A model generated the notes under the pieces. The model was not told the DNA's origin. It saw nothing but the letters and a program-made list of their open reading frames with translations, and searched no databases. Position numbers and translations under genes: made by a program. Of a stretch of DNA of 64,000 bases, positions 18,801 to 30,476 are shown one piece after another. The stretch comes from an uncultured Clostridia bacterium (GTDB lineage: Bacteria > Bacillota > Clostridia > TANB77 > CAG-508): NCBI GenBank assembly GCA_944392545.1, contig CALXWW010000008.1, forward strand, positions 323 to 64,322, in the 5' to 3' direction. Position 1 is the stretch's first letter; each line of letters opens with the position of its first letter.

Positions 18801-19796
18801 CTAATAATATAGATTTGAAAATAGCGAAGTTACATCAAATGGTTTTATTGTTTTTGGTGCACCATAATCCACTCCGTAAGTTTCTACTGTTACACTTTTT
18901 ATAACTGGTTGTTCTTTTGGTGTATCAGATAATATCTCATTTCCATCTTCGTCTTTTGGCTTTTTATAATCTTCATCTACTTCTTCATCTCTATAATATA
19001 CTTCTACATTAGCAACTTTATCTACTACATCCATTCCCTCTATTACTTTTCCAAATGGTGCATATATTCCATCTAGCTGCATATTATCTGTTGACATTAT
19101 AAAAAATTGGCATCCTGCTGAATTATATCCTTCTTCTATATATCCATATCCACTATAATCACTTCTTGCCATTGATATAACGCCTTTTTCATGTTTTATA
19201 TTATTAGCGTCATCTCCATTTGCTATAAATTCACCTTTTATATTATATTCAGTATCTAAAAAGTCCTCAAATTCTGAATTTACGTTTTTATCTTTATCTG
19301 AATTTTCTTTCTCATATTTTCTCTTATAGCTCTTAAAATCAGAATATGAATTTATTACAGTATCATTATCTAATGTATACTCCCCATCATAATATTCATC
19401 TAGTATTGATTCAAATAATTTTTTATTGTTTAACACTTCATCTAAATCGTATATATCTTCAAGTAGAGGAGATGCCGAAGTATCTCCATCTTTTGCACCG
19501 CCTTGTATAACAAAATTTGGCATTGTTCTATGGAAAGTAGTTCCATCATAGAACCCTCTATTTGCTAATCTTATAAAATTCGCTACAGTATTTGGTGCTT
19601 TGTCTGGATATAATTCCACCTTTATAGTTCCATAATCTTCTATCTCTATAGTAGCTACCGGATTTGGTATATCTAGTGTCATTTTCTTATATATTCCATA
19701 GCTTGCAAAAACAATTCCTGCTAGCATTAAAATTATTCCTAATATTAATAAAATTCTAACTCCTATCTTGTTCATTTTCAATTCCTCTCTTTTCAT
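18801..19796 (-). CDS. Cyclophilin-type peptidyl-prolyl cis-trans isomerase, membrane-anchored, with a large acidic insertion
   Basis: N-terminal TM; motifs FHRTMPNFVIQGGA and GCQFFIMSTDNMQLDGIYAPFGKVIEGMDVV. Confidence 0.8.
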   Translation of the reverse strand: MKREELKMNKIGVRILLILGIILMLAGIVFASYGIYKKMTLDIPNPVATIEIEDYGTIKVELYPDKAPNTVANFIRLANRGFYDGTTFHRTMPNFVIQGGAKDGDTSASPLLEDIYDLDEVLNNKKLFESILDEYYDGEYTLDNDTVINSYSDFKSYKRKYEKENSDKDKNVNSEFEDFLDTEYNIKGEFIANGDDANNIKHEKGVISMARSDYSGYGYIEEGYNSAGCQFFIMSTDNMQLDGIYAPFGKVIEGMDVVDKVANVEVYYRDEEVDEDYKKPKDEDGNEILSDTPKEQPVIKSVTVETYGVDYGAPKTIKPFDVTSLFSNLYY

Positions 19797-19973
19797 AGTT
19801 TTAGATATTTTTATATTCTATTTTATAAATTACTTTATATTATCTATTCAATAAAACTTTAACATAATTACATAAATATAATAACATAATTTTAAATTCA
19901 TTACAAATGTATAATTTATAGATAACTTTATACAATTTTAAATAATTAACTTTAATACATATATTATCAAACT

Positions 19974-21047
19974 TTATACAATTAAATTATCGAATACAAA
20001 TTGCTCTTGCATTCTTTTTAGTGACTGTTTAATTGTCCTTGCTCTAATCTCTCCAATTCCATCAACTTCATCTAATTTTTGAATATCTGCTGCCAAAATA
20101 TGTTGAAAAGATTTAAAAGATTTTACTAAATTCTCAACAATAGTGCTTGGCATCCTTGGTATTTTGCTTAAAATTCTATATCCCCTAGTATAAACGCCAA
20201 CTTCATCATAATTATCAAAATCTTCATATCCCAAAAGATTAGCTATTTTTTCTGGCCTTACAAGATTTTCATATACAACATTTTTTAGTTCTTGTAATAT
20301 CTTATCAGCATTTCTCTTTTTTCCTGGTGCAATATAGTCTTTTATTAACAGAAGTTCTTCTTTTTCTAGATCTCCAACAGTCTCATCAAGTTGCATCTCT
20401 AGAAGTCTACCTTCTTCTCCAAGTTCGTCTATTGCTTTATCAACTTCTTGTGCAATTTTCATCACTAACTCTGCTCTTTGAATTGCAGTAATCACATTTT
20501 CAAGTGTTACTATATCATTAAACTCATACTCATTAAGAACATTTATCTTATTATCAAAAACCTTTTTATATTTTTCAACAATTTGTAATGCTTGATTTGC
20601 CTTTGAAATAACGTCTGCTGAATTTCTTAACACATATCTTTCATTTCCCTTAAAAAGAGTTATTATTCCTCTTCTTTGAGAAATACTAATTACCAACGAA
20701 CCAGTTTGTTTTGCAGTACGTTCTGCAGTTCTATGTCTTGTACCAGTCTCATTAGTAGAAATATCTGGTGATGGTATTAATTGAGTGTTAGCATATAAAA
20801 TCTTCTTAAAATCAGAACTTAATATAATTGCACCATCCATTTTTGCAAGCTCATATAATTTTGCTGGGCTAAAATCCACATCCAACTTAAAGCCACCATC
20901 GACTAGCTTTAGAACAGTCTCATTATCAGCAACAGCTATTAAGGCACCTGTTTTAGCATTTAAAATATTCTCTAAACCACTTCTTATAGAAGTACCAGGT
21001 GCTATCAACTTCAAAATTTCTGAAATACCCTCTGCCAACTTATTCAC
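19974..21047 (-). CDS. disA: DNA integrity scanning protein DisA (diadenylate cyclase)
   Basis: DAC domain (GTRHRTAERTAKQTG) plus a C-terminal HhH; GTG start with AAAGGAG RBS; downstream of radA as in Bacillus. Confidence 0.9.
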   Translation of the reverse strand: MNKLAEGISEILKLIAPGTSIRSGLENILNAKTGALIAVADNETVLKLVDGGFKLDVDFSPAKLYELAKMDGAIILSSDFKKILYANTQLIPSPDISTNETGTRHRTAERTAKQTGSLVISISQRRGIITLFKGNERYVLRNSADVISKANQALQIVEKYKKVFDNKINVLNEYEFNDIVTLENVITAIQRAELVMKIAQEVDKAIDELGEEGRLLEMQLDETVGDLEKEELLLIKDYIAPGKKRNADKILQELKNVVYENLVRPEKIANLLGYEDFDNYDEVGVYTRGYRILSKIPRMPSTIVENLVKSFKSFQHILAADIQKLDEVDGIGEIRARTIKQSLKRMQEQFVFDNLIV

Positions 21048-21143
21048 TCCTTTATTGCCTTTTGGAACAGGTTTATTTCCGACAAAGTTGTCGGAAATAA
21101 AGACATGTATATTTATATTATTTAAGTTTTATCTTTGTTTTAA

Positions 21144-22514
21144 TTATTTTAGCTTCAACTCTTTTATTGCCTCATTTATGTTTCTAACACCTATTATATC
21201 TAATTTGTACTCTTCTTTCAATAGTTTTTTATTACTTTCTGGTATAATACATTTTTTAAATCCTAGTTTTTCAGCTTCTTTTATTCTTTTTTCTATCATG
21301 TTAACAGCTCTTACTTCTCCGGTAAGTCCTACTTCTCCTATTGCTACTACATCCTGTGGTATACTTATATTTTTATAACTTGAAGTACATGCAAGTATAA
21401 TGCCTAAATCTACAGCTGGTTCTGTCAACTTTATCCCACTTACAACATTTAGATAAACATCTTGCCCGCCTAAATTTATTCCTGCTCTTTTTTCCACAAC
21501 TGCAATTAATACTGCTAATCTATTATAATCTATTCCATTTGCTGTTCTTTTTGGTATTCCAAATACACTAGGAGTAGTAAGTGCTTGCAATTCGACTAAA
21601 AGCGGTCTAGTTCCTTCCATGCTCGCTATAATTACTGAACCCGCCGGATTATCATTTCTTTCTGAAATAAGAATTGAAGATGGATTTGTAATTTCTACCA
21701 TTCCTTCATTTTTCATTTCAAACATTCCCACTTCATTTGTAGAACCAAATCTATTTTTTACACTTCTTAATATTCTATATGAAAAATATCTTTCTCCTTC
21801 TATGTATAGTACAGTATCAACCATATGTTCTAATACTCTTGGTCCAGCAATATTTCCATCTTTCGTAACATGACCTATTATTATTGTAGTTATTCCGTTA
21901 TCTTTGCACATTCTCATAATTCTTGCTGTTATTTCTCTAACTTGACTAACAGTTCCTGCCGCCGAAGTAATCTCTTCTGAATACATTGTTTGTATAGAAT
22001 CAATAATCACAAGTTTCGGATTTACTGAAATTATTGTATCTTGAATATTATCAATGTTAGTCTCTCCTAAAAACATTAAATCATCATTATTTATGTTTAA
22101 TCTATCCGCCCTAATTTTAACCTGCTCTGCCGACTCTTCACCTGAAATATATAGTACCTTTCCTTCTCCTTTTACCTTATCACAAAGTTGTAAAATAAGT
22201 GTGGACTTACCAATTCCTGGCTCTCCCCCCACTAACACAAGAGAACCTTTTACCAGTCCTCCTCCTAAAACTCTGTCTAGTTCTCCTATTCCAGTACTTG
22301 TCCTAGCTGTTTCTATGCCTTGTACTTCTTTTAATTTACGAGGCATATTTTTTTCTTTACTCACACTACTCTTTCCACCAGCTGTGCTTGAAGTATTTAC
22401 TACTTTTTCTTCATAAAAACTATTCCACTCATTACAAGCAGGACACTTACCAAGCCATTTTGCTGACTCATATCCACAATTACTACACACAAAAATTGTC
22501 TTTGCCTTAGGCAT
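21144..22514 (-). CDS. radA: DNA repair protein RadA/Sms
   Basis: Zinc-finger CSNCGYESAKWLGKCPAC, Walker A GGEPGIGKSTL, Lon-like C-terminal domain. Confidence 0.93.
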   Translation of the reverse strand: MPKAKTIFVCSNCGYESAKWLGKCPACNEWNSFYEEKVVNTSSTAGGKSSVSKEKNMPRKLKEVQGIETARTSTGIGELDRVLGGGLVKGSLVLVGGEPGIGKSTLILQLCDKVKGEGKVLYISGEESAEQVKIRADRLNINNDDLMFLGETNIDNIQDTIISVNPKLVIIDSIQTMYSEEITSAAGTVSQVREITARIMRMCKDNGITTIIIGHVTKDGNIAGPRVLEHMVDTVLYIEGERYFSYRILRSVKNRFGSTNEVGMFEMKNEGMVEITNPSSILISERNDNPAGSVIIASMEGTRPLLVELQALTTPSVFGIPKRTANGIDYNRLAVLIAVVEKRAGINLGGQDVYLNVVSGIKLTEPAVDLGIILACTSSYKNISIPQDVVAIGEVGLTGEVRAVNMIEKRIKEAEKLGFKKCIIPESNKKLLKEEYKLDIIGVRNINEAIKELKLK

Positions 22515-22574
22515 AATCCATTCCTCCTTGTTGCTTTAGTTCCTATCGTATTTTTGACATGTCTTTTCCGATAA

Positions 22575-24512
22575 CTAGAGTGCCAAAATGAACATTGCGT
22601 GTGACCATGCTAGTCCAATTACCCAACTTGGTTGCATGGTACTATTGTTTATTTGCTCTCCTAAAAAGCCATGTTCATTACAGCTCTTCACTATAAATTC
22701 TATACATTCTTGTAGTTTTTTCTTTTCACCTATTTCTTTGTAATACATTGCCATCCACAATGTTGAAATTACCCATGGGCAATTTCCTTCCATGTAGTGG
22801 TCTCCTTCAAATCTCAAGTATCCTCCTGTATATGTTCTAAGTGTCATGTTTATTTTTTCAACTGTATTTATTATTCTTTTTTCTTTTGGCTTATACATTT
22901 TAAAGGGTACTACTGTTCCTAATATGCTTATATCTGTTAATTCATCTTCTGTATTTCTTTTTAGCGTTTTTGTACTTTCATTATACATATTAGCATTTAT
23001 ATATTTTTCTATTTCTTTTCTATAGAAATCTAATTTCTTACTTAATTTATTTATGCTTTCTAGTTTCAATCTATTTTTTTCTTCATATTCGGGTTTAAAT
23101 ATTTCATACATTTCTTCTATAGCATTAAAAGCTGCATATATGCTTGCTAATGAGTATAAACTTACTCCTTCATGCATTTCCCATAAATCATAGCTTACTG
23201 GTAATTTGTTTCTATTTTCTGTGTGATATGTTTTTTCTATTTCGTTTTTTACTATATCGCTATCATCATGTAATCCTAAAATATTATCCATATATATGCA
23301 CAAGAATTTTACTGCATTTTCGCACATTTTTAATACTTCTTTTAAGAATTTTTTGTCTTTTGTTTCTTTATAGTGTTCGTATACTCCATATACCACCCCA
23401 GCAGTTTCATCTATTTGATATCCCCAACAAGGTGCTAAACGTCCATCTGTATAAAATCTTTGTTCCCACATTCCATTTCTGTTTTGTGTATTTTTGCAAA
23501 ATATTTTATAAAACTTTTCTGCTTCTTTGTTCATTTTTAGTTTATCAAATGCTCTTGTTATAAATACTGCATCACGTGGCCAACAGTAAGCATATCTACC
23601 ACATTGAGTTAAGTTTTCATCTACTTCTACCGCTGCTGCTACTCCTCCTGTTTCTTTATTTGTTAATAGTGGAAATAGAAGTATGCTTCTTTTATATATC
23701 TTATTAAACTTTTTGTTATACTCCGTATTTTCTTCTTTTAATTCTATGTTGACATGTTCTTTTACATATTTTCGCCAATATTTTTCCACTGTATTTTGTT
23801 CTGCTTCTACATCTTGCTTTCTAATATTTTCTATATTTTTCCACATTTCTTCTGGATTTACTTTATTATTTTCTACAATATATAAATATATATCAAGTTC
23901 TTTAGTTTCTCCTGGTTTTATTACACCTAATTCATAATTAATGCTAGAATCAGAGCTCATTCCTATATAATCCTTATCACTTATTATTCCGCTCTCTATG
24001 TTATTATCCGTATCATTTAGTTGATGTGTATTTATATGTTTTTTTGAAAACATGCACAATGTATTATTATGGCTATACTGCATTAGTACATTGTTTTCTA
24101 TTTTTGAACCAACCATATTGTTTGGGTTCGATAATAGTTTTGAGTGTACTAAAAAATTCACATTTAAATCAATAATATTATTGTTCTTAAAAATATATCT
24201 TTTTATTAAAACACTATTTTTATTTGAAATAAAATCTACTTGTTTAATACTTAAATTAAAATATGTATTTTCTATCTCGGTATTTAATACATTAGTATCT
24301 TCTATATAGTATTGATTATATCTATTATTTTGATCTTCATGTAAATATATTATACAAGAGTCATTTATTTTGACTCCTGTATGAAAAAAATCTAAAAATT
24401 GCTTAAAATCCGGTGTGTTATACATTAGTCTTAACATTTCTCCATGGTATGTAAAGCTTGCAGTTATGTCTTTTCCTCCAATTATAGCATCATTAAAATA
24501 CTTATTTTTCAT
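22575..24512 (-). CDS. Glycoside hydrolase family 15 (glucoamylase/glucodextranase-like) protein
   Basis: Conserved GH15 motif CWPRDAVFITRAF, and an (alpha/alpha)6-barrel-like Trp/Tyr-rich C-terminal half. Confidence 0.55.
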   Translation of the reverse strand: MKNKYFNDAIIGGKDITASFTYHGEMLRLMYNTPDFKQFLDFFHTGVKINDSCIIYLHEDQNNRYNQYYIEDTNVLNTEIENTYFNLSIKQVDFISNKNSVLIKRYIFKNNNIIDLNVNFLVHSKLLSNPNNMVGSKIENNVLMQYSHNNTLCMFSKKHINTHQLNDTDNNIESGIISDKDYIGMSSDSSINYELGVIKPGETKELDIYLYIVENNKVNPEEMWKNIENIRKQDVEAEQNTVEKYWRKYVKEHVNIELKEENTEYNKKFNKIYKRSILLFPLLTNKETGGVAAAVEVDENLTQCGRYAYCWPRDAVFITRAFDKLKMNKEAEKFYKIFCKNTQNRNGMWEQRFYTDGRLAPCWGYQIDETAGVVYGVYEHYKETKDKKFLKEVLKMCENAVKFLCIYMDNILGLHDDSDIVKNEIEKTYHTENRNKLPVSYDLWEMHEGVSLYSLASIYAAFNAIEEMYEIFKPEYEEKNRLKLESINKLSKKLDFYRKEIEKYINANMYNESTKTLKRNTEDELTDISILGTVVPFKMYKPKEKRIINTVEKINMTLRTYTGGYLRFEGDHYMEGNCPWVISTLWMAMYYKEIGEKKKLQECIEFIVKSCNEHGFLGEQINNSTMQPSWVIGLAWSHAMFILAL

Positions 24513-24533
24513 CTGTTTTCTCTCCTATTTCAG

Positions 24534-26183
24534 CTATTTGTTCTCAACTATTTTTACTATTTGAGATTCTAATTCTTTTAATCTTTCCTTTATTCTAATT
24601 ATATCTGCATCAGTAGTATTTTTTTGTAAATATTCTTCCTTAACAATAGTAGACATATCTTCTAATTCTTCTTTTAGAGTATTCATTCTTTCTAATACTT
24701 CTAGTTTTAAATATCTTTCCCTTGCTTTATCTTCTGTCTTACCTACCATTTCTATATCTTTTCCTAGTTCATATTTTTCACCAAAATCAGGTATTGTTAT
24801 TGGTATTTCTGTGTTTTCCTCTAATTTTTGTTTTAAAACGACTTGCCCTTCTGGTTCTCCATGTACTAAAAAGATATGTTTTGGTGGATATGTAAAAGAA
24901 TATACAAAGTTCATAAGCCATTCTTGGTCCGCATGTCCAGAATAACCTTCTATATATTCTATTCTAGCATTTACAGCTATTTCTTCGCCAAATATTTTTA
25001 CTTTTTTTTCTCCATCTACTAATTTTCTACCAAGTGTTCCTGGTGCTTGGTAACCAACAAAAAGAATTGTACTATTTGGATCCCATAAGTGGTGCTTTAG
25101 ATGATGCTTAATTCTTCCAACCTCACACATTCCACTTGCAGATATTATTATTGAAGATTCTTCGCTTGCATTAAGTTCTTTTGATTCATCTGCTGTCCTT
25201 GTAAATTTTAGTCCTGAAAATTCCAGAGGATTATCTCCTGCATTTATTATTTCTTGTGTTTCTTCATTAAATAAATTCATATTTTCTTTGAAAATCTCTG
25301 TTGCTGATATTGCGAGCGGACTATCTACATATACAGGAATACTCATTAATTTTTGATATTTTTTATAAAATTCCTCATCATGTTTTACTTCTTTTATTCT
25401 ATTTAATTCATATAGTATTTCTTGTGTTCTACCAACTGCAAATGATGGTATAACTACTGTTCCACCTTTTTCTAATGTTTCATATACTATATTTAAAAAT
25501 ATTTCTGCTTTATCATCATTTTTCATGTGAAGCCTATTTCCATATGTAGATTCCATTATTAAATAGTCTGCATCACTTATCATTGTTGGTGGAGACAAAA
25601 GAGGTATATCATTATTTCCTAAATCTCCCGTGAATACAATTTTCTTTGTTTCTTCATTTTCTGTAATCCATACTTCGATAATACTTGATCCTAACATATG
25701 ACCTGCATCATTAAATCTTACTTTTATATTTTCATCTATATCAACTATTTCGTCATATTGTACTGGTCTAAATATTTCGAGTGATCTGGCCGCATCTTCT
25801 GCTGTGTATAATGGTGGAAGTGGATTTTCTCCCTTTCTTTCTCTTTTTCTATTTTTCCACTCAACTTCCATTTCTTGGATGTGGCCACTATCAGGAAGCA
25901 TGATAGAACATAAATCACATGTTGCTTTTGTTGCAATAACCTGCTTTCTATATCCTTCATTATATAGTTTTGGTATTCTTCCTGAATGATCTATATGTGC
26001 ATGTGTAAGTAGCACAAAGTCTATTTCATCTACGTTAAATAAAAATGGTGCTTCATTTTCAAATTCATCTGCTGCTGAACCTTGATACATTCCACAATCT
26101 ACTAAAAACTTCTTTCCTGCCCCTTCTACTAAAAAGTTAGATCCTGTCACTGTTTTTGTAGCACCTAAAAAAGTTACATTCAT
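24534..26183 (-). CDS. MBL-fold beta-CASP family hydrolase (RNA-metabolising metallo-beta-lactamase)
   Basis: HAHIDHSG motif, further Asp/His motifs, and a C-terminal coiled-coil tail. Confidence 0.6.
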   Translation of the reverse strand: MNVTFLGATKTVTGSNFLVEGAGKKFLVDCGMYQGSAADEFENEAPFLFNVDEIDFVLLTHAHIDHSGRIPKLYNEGYRKQVIATKATCDLCSIMLPDSGHIQEMEVEWKNRKRERKGENPLPPLYTAEDAARSLEIFRPVQYDEIVDIDENIKVRFNDAGHMLGSSIIEVWITENEETKKIVFTGDLGNNDIPLLSPPTMISDADYLIMESTYGNRLHMKNDDKAEIFLNIVYETLEKGGTVVIPSFAVGRTQEILYELNRIKEVKHDEEFYKKYQKLMSIPVYVDSPLAISATEIFKENMNLFNEETQEIINAGDNPLEFSGLKFTRTADESKELNASEESSIIISASGMCEVGRIKHHLKHHLWDPNSTILFVGYQAPGTLGRKLVDGEKKVKIFGEEIAVNARIEYIEGYSGHADQEWLMNFVYSFTYPPKHIFLVHGEPEGQVVLKQKLEENTEIPITIPDFGEKYELGKDIEMVGKTEDKARERYLKLEVLERMNTLKEELEDMSTIVKEEYLQKNTTDADIIRIKERLKELESQIVKIVENK

Positions 26184-26194
26184 AAATTCCTCCT

Positions 26195-27685
26195 TTATAT
26201 GAATAGCTTTATTTTTTTCTTTATTTTTACTGTATCTGTCTTAATCTTTAATGAACTTTCTATAATAGTATCGTCATAATATTCTACATATAGTTCTTTA
26301 TTTTCATATTTACATTGCATATTTAAATTTTGCAAACATATCATTTTCATATCAAATATCTCTTTTAAAATTTGATATGTTAATTCTGTATTCTCTGAAA
26401 AAATATCCCATATTTTAAGTTCTTGCGCTTTTTTTATTATTATTTTTATTACTTCTTCAAACTTTTCTTTTAAAACTTCTATATCTTTTATAGTTTTTTC
26501 ATAATCTATTGGAATATATCTGTAATATCTTAGTTTATATATCCAATTAATTAGCTTTTCTTTATTTTCTTCATTTATTTTAGCTATTTCTATCTGTACT
26601 TGATTTAAGAACTCTGTTGCTAGTTTAATTAAAGTATCCTCTTTATCTAATTTAATTATTTCTTCTAAAAATTTTACTTCCTCTTCTAATTTACTTTTCT
26701 GTTCTACAAATTCTTTTGGCAATATAATTTTATTACATTCGTCTATTTTTTCTATTAGTTTAATTCTTTCTTTATCCAATATTCCTACCAAATAACTTAC
26801 ACTAAATATTTTTTCTTTATTTGGTAATTTTTCATTTCTTGCATAATATTCTTTTTTTAGTAGTTCATTATTATTTAGTATTTTATCAATTTTTTCTATT
26901 TCTTTCGTATATTCTTTTTTTTCTTCCGTTATTTGATTTATAAAAGACCTTTTATCATTAAATAATTCTAATCTTGCTTCTTTCTCTTTCTTTATTTTTT
27001 CAAACTTTTCATTATATTCTGTATCATTTGCTTCTAGCATATATTTTTTTATTGCTATTTTTGATGCTACATCAAATATCTTTTTTTGCTTTTTATTGTT
27101 AATGTTTTTTCTACCATTTATCAATAATATTGTTTGATATATATAATTATATTCTATGTCTTTTATTTCCTTTTTATCTATATCCCATGACCACCCATTG
27201 AAATCTCTTATTAGCTCTATATTCGAATCAATTTCTCCTGATTTTAATAATGTAAACAATGGTTCTTCTATATACTCATAAGTTAATTCTTTCAAACTTG
27301 GAGATATATCCAAATTAAATATTGCTGTTAATAAAATAAATTCATTTTGAAAGCAAATGATTTCTCCGTTTTTCCTGTCAACCTTAAATAACATATTATC
27401 TTTTTCCAGCTCTTTTGCTTCTTGAGTTCCTGTTTTTACTAAAAATATTTTTAAGCATTTTTCCTTAATTATTCTTAGTAAATTTTCTATATATTTTCTT
27501 TTTGACGGAACTTCTACTTTTACTGTTTCATAATCTTTATATGCATTTTCTATTTTATATAGCATACTTAATAAAAGATTTTTCACTTCATAGGAAAATA
27601 GCTTATTTTCTAAAATTTTTTCTAATTCATTATTATAATCTTTTATATCTATATTAAGTTTAGATAAAATTTTATTTTTTTCCAT
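26195..27685 (-). CDS. Lys/Glu-rich coiled-coil hypothetical protein (496 aa)
   Basis: Long ORF with strongly K/E/I/N-biased composition; no recognisable motif. Confidence 0.4.
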   Translation of the reverse strand: MEKNKILSKLNIDIKDYNNELEKILENKLFSYEVKNLLLSMLYKIENAYKDYETVKVEVPSKRKYIENLLRIIKEKCLKIFLVKTGTQEAKELEKDNMLFKVDRKNGEIICFQNEFILLTAIFNLDISPSLKELTYEYIEEPLFTLLKSGEIDSNIELIRDFNGWSWDIDKKEIKDIEYNYIYQTILLINGRKNINNKKQKKIFDVASKIAIKKYMLEANDTEYNEKFEKIKKEKEARLELFNDKRSFINQITEEKKEYTKEIEKIDKILNNNELLKKEYYARNEKLPNKEKIFSVSYLVGILDKERIKLIEKIDECNKIILPKEFVEQKSKLEEEVKFLEEIIKLDKEDTLIKLATEFLNQVQIEIAKINEENKEKLINWIYKLRYYRYIPIDYEKTIKDIEVLKEKFEEVIKIIIKKAQELKIWDIFSENTELTYQILKEIFDMKMICLQNLNMQCKYENKELYVEYYDDTIIESSLKIKTDTVKIKKKIKLFI

Positions 27686-27705
27686 ATTACTCCTCTTTAG
27701 TAATT

Positions 27706-30105
27706 TTATTCTTCGCTATTGCTACTCATTTTCAGTTCTTCCCATCTTTCTTTTGGCATAAGTACCTCACGAGGTTTGCTACCCTGAAATCCGGAGATTA
27801 TGCCTCTTTCTTCCATTTGATCTATTATTCTTCCTGCTCTTGCATATCCAACTTTAAAACGTCTTTGTATGAACGAAGTGGATGCCTGTCCTGTTTCTAC
27901 TACTACATCTATTGCCTCCATTAATAATGGGTCTGTGTTATCATCTTCATCTCCAGAGTCTATTTCTTTATCTGTACTATTTGCATTTTCTATTTGCTTT
28001 AATATTTCGTCATTATATGTTGCTTCTCCGTTATTTTTAACAAAATCAACTATCTTTTCTACTTCTTTATCTGATATAAATGCACCTTGTATTCTAGTTG
28101 GTTTTGGTGCACCTGCCGGATAAAATAGCATATCACCTTTTCCAAGTAATTTTTCTGCACCTGCCATATCTAAAATTGTTCTTGAATCTACTTGTGAAGA
28201 TACCGCAAATGAAATTCTTGATGGCACGTTTGCTTTTATTATACCTGTAATAACATCAACAGATGGTCTCTGCGTTGCAATTACCAAATGCATACCAGCT
28301 GCTCTTGCCATTTGCGCTAATCTACAAATTGAATCTTCTACATCTTTTGGTGATACCATCATCAAATCCGAAAGCTCATCTATTATAATTACAATTTGTG
28401 GTAGTTTATGTCCTTCTCCCTCGCCTTCTAGTGCTTCATTATATCCTTTTATATCTCTTACATTTTTACTTGCAAACAGACTATACCTATTCACCATTTC
28501 TTGAACTGCCCATGCTAGAGCACCTGCTGCTTTTTTAGGATCTGTAACTACAGGAATAAGTAAATGTGGTATACCATTATACACAGAAAGCTCAACTACT
28601 TTTGGGTCTACCATAACAAGTTTTACTTCGCTTGGTTTTGCTTTGTATATGATACTTGCAATTAATGTATTTATACATACAGATTTACCAGAACCTGTGC
28701 TTCCCGCAATAAGTACATGTGGCATTTTTGCAATATCTGTTACCACCTCATTACCTGCCACATCCTTTCCTAATGCAAAAGCAAGTTTTGATTTATGGTT
28801 CTTAAAGCTATCACAATCTACTATATCCCTTAACGGTACTATTTCATTTTCTTTATTTGGAATTTCTATTCCTACTGCTTGTTTACCTGGTATAGGTGCT
28901 TCAATTCTTATTGTTTCCGCTGCTAAATTAAGTGCTATATCATCTGCAAGATTTGCAATTTTACTTACTCTTACTCCTTCTGCAGGCTTAAGTTCATATC
29001 TAGTTATTGCAGGGCCTACAGAAACATTTTCCACTTTAGCTGAAACTCCAAAACTATATAGAGTTTTTTGTAATTTAGTTGCTGTATCTGCAACAGCTTT
29101 CTTTCCTCCTTTTACAGTCTTTTTATCTCCTTCTGATAATAATTGTATTGGTGGGAATTCGTAGTGCTCATCTTCTACAGTCAAAGTATGTTCTAACTGT
29201 AATACTTGTTTCACTTTTTCTTCTTTTGTTTCCTGTTCTTCTTTAAATAAATTTGCTTCTAATACATCTGGATTCGTAATTTTCTCTTCTTTCTTGTTCT
29301 TTCCCCCTATGCTGAATGGAATTATATCATCATCTTTGTGGTCATATTTTTTGATTTTTTTATTTTTTTCTTCTTCCGAAGAATCATTTAAATTTATAGT
29401 TAACTGTTCTGCTAATTGTTCAGCTTCTCTCCTTTGTTCTTCTTTTTCCCTTAATCTTCTCTCTTTTTTAGTTTCTTTTCTATCTATTTCAATTTCTTCT
29501 CTTTTTTGCTTTCTTGTAAGTCTAGCTTCTTCTCGTTCTGATCTTCTTTCTTCCTTTTCCTCTCTTCTGCTATCTATAAAATCTGCTATCATTTCTGCTG
29601 GTTTTATTCCGAATATAAATACTAAGAGTATTGCACCTACTCCTATGCATAATATTACGGTTCCTATTTCACCAAGTAGCCCTATAAGTACAGATGCAAT
29701 TCCCGTTCCTATTGCACCACCACCTATATCTTGTGTCCCTCTTTCATATCCCTGACTAATTATAGTTGAAAATTCATCATTTATATCAAACGTACCTTTC
29801 GAAAATTGAAATACACTAAGCATAGTAGCAATGCATATTAAAAATATTCCATATTGTACTAACTTTGATATCAAGTACTCTTTATCTTCTGAAGTCATGT
29901 ATATAGCTATTAAAAATGTTCCTATTGGAATTATATATTTTATAGACCCCATTATTCCTCCAAGTATTGGACTCAAATGTTCTCCTATATATCCTGATTT
30001 TGTGTATATTAAAATTGCAAGTAATATACTTATAAATAACATAAATACTACTGCTACATTTATATCTAACTTATTTTTCTTTGCTTTTCTACCTCGTTTG
30101 GCCAA
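27706..30105 (-). CDS. ftsK: DNA translocase FtsK/SpoIIIE
   Basis: 4 N-terminal TM helices, an acidic linker, Walker [10 protein letters not shown], Walker [11 protein letters not shown], and a C-terminal gamma winged-helix ([24 protein letters not shown]). Confidence 0.92.
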   Translation of the reverse strand: MAKRGRKAKKNKLDINVAVVFMLFISILLAILIYTKSGYIGEHLSPILGGIMGSIKYIIPIGTFLIAIYMTSEDKEYLISKLVQYGIFLICIATMLSVFQFSKGTFDINDEFSTIISQGYERGTQDIGGGAIGTGIASVLIGLLGEIGTVILCIGVGAILLVFIFGIKPAEMIADFIDSRREEKEERRSEREEARLTRKQKREEIEIDRKETKKERRLREKEEQRREAEQLAEQLTINLNDSSEEEKNKKIKKYDHKDDDIIPFSIGGKNKKEEKITNPDVLEANLFKEEQETKEEKVKQVLQLEHTLTVEDEHYEFPPIQLLSEGDKKTVKGGKKAVADTATKLQKTLYSFGVSAKVENVSVGPAITRYELKPAEGVRVSKIANLADDIALNLAAETIRIEAPIPGKQAVGIEIPNKENEIVPLRDIVDCDSFKNHKSKLAFALGKDVAGNEVVTDIAKMPHVLIAGSTGSGKSVCINTLIASIIYKAKPSEVKLVMVDPKVVELSVYNGIPHLLIPVVTDPKKAAGALAWAVQEMVNRYSLFASKNVRDIKGYNEALEGEGEGHKLPQIVIIIDELSDLMMVSPKDVEDSICRLAQMARAAGMHLVIATQRPSVDVITGIIKANVPSRISFAVSSQVDSRTILDMAGAEKLLGKGDMLFYPAGAPKPTRIQGAFISDKEVEKIVDFVKNNGEATYNDEILKQIENANSTDKEIDSGDEDDNTDPLLMEAIDVVVETGQASTSFIQRRFKVGYARAGRIIDQMEERGIISGFQGSKPREVLMPKERWEELKMSSNSEE

Positions 30106-30192
30106 AGTATTTTCCTCCTTTGAAGATATCTCTAATATTATCCACTGGTATTATATCATAAGGCTAACAAAAAGCAAACAAAAATTTAAAAT

Positions 30193-30209
30193 TGTAACAT
30201 AAATGTAAT
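30193..30209 (+). promoter_or_regulatory. TGTAAC-N5-TGTAAT direct repeat (WalR-like box) ~90 bp upstream of the ftsK start
   Basis: Read from the sequence (attgtaacataaatgtaata). Confidence 0.3.
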
Positions 30210-30476
30210 AAAAATTAATTTAAATAGCTAAAGAGAAAATTGGATGCATTCTATAAATAAAAATGTATCAATTTTCTCTTTTATTATTGACTGTTCTTTT
30301 AATATTAGTTTAGAAGTAATAAAAATATAATCTTATATACCCTTTAATCATTCTCTGATATTTATCTCTACAAGCATCATAGATAACATATAAAATAAAA
30401 AATAGGAAATCCTATTTTTTATACTTTTATTTTAATAATATAATATATAATGTATAATAAATTTCAAAACGATTTC

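Noticed and set aside
25745-25960. 71-aa minus-strand ORF inside the MBL hydrolase gene
   Set aside because: Alternative frame within a well-supported 549-aa CDS
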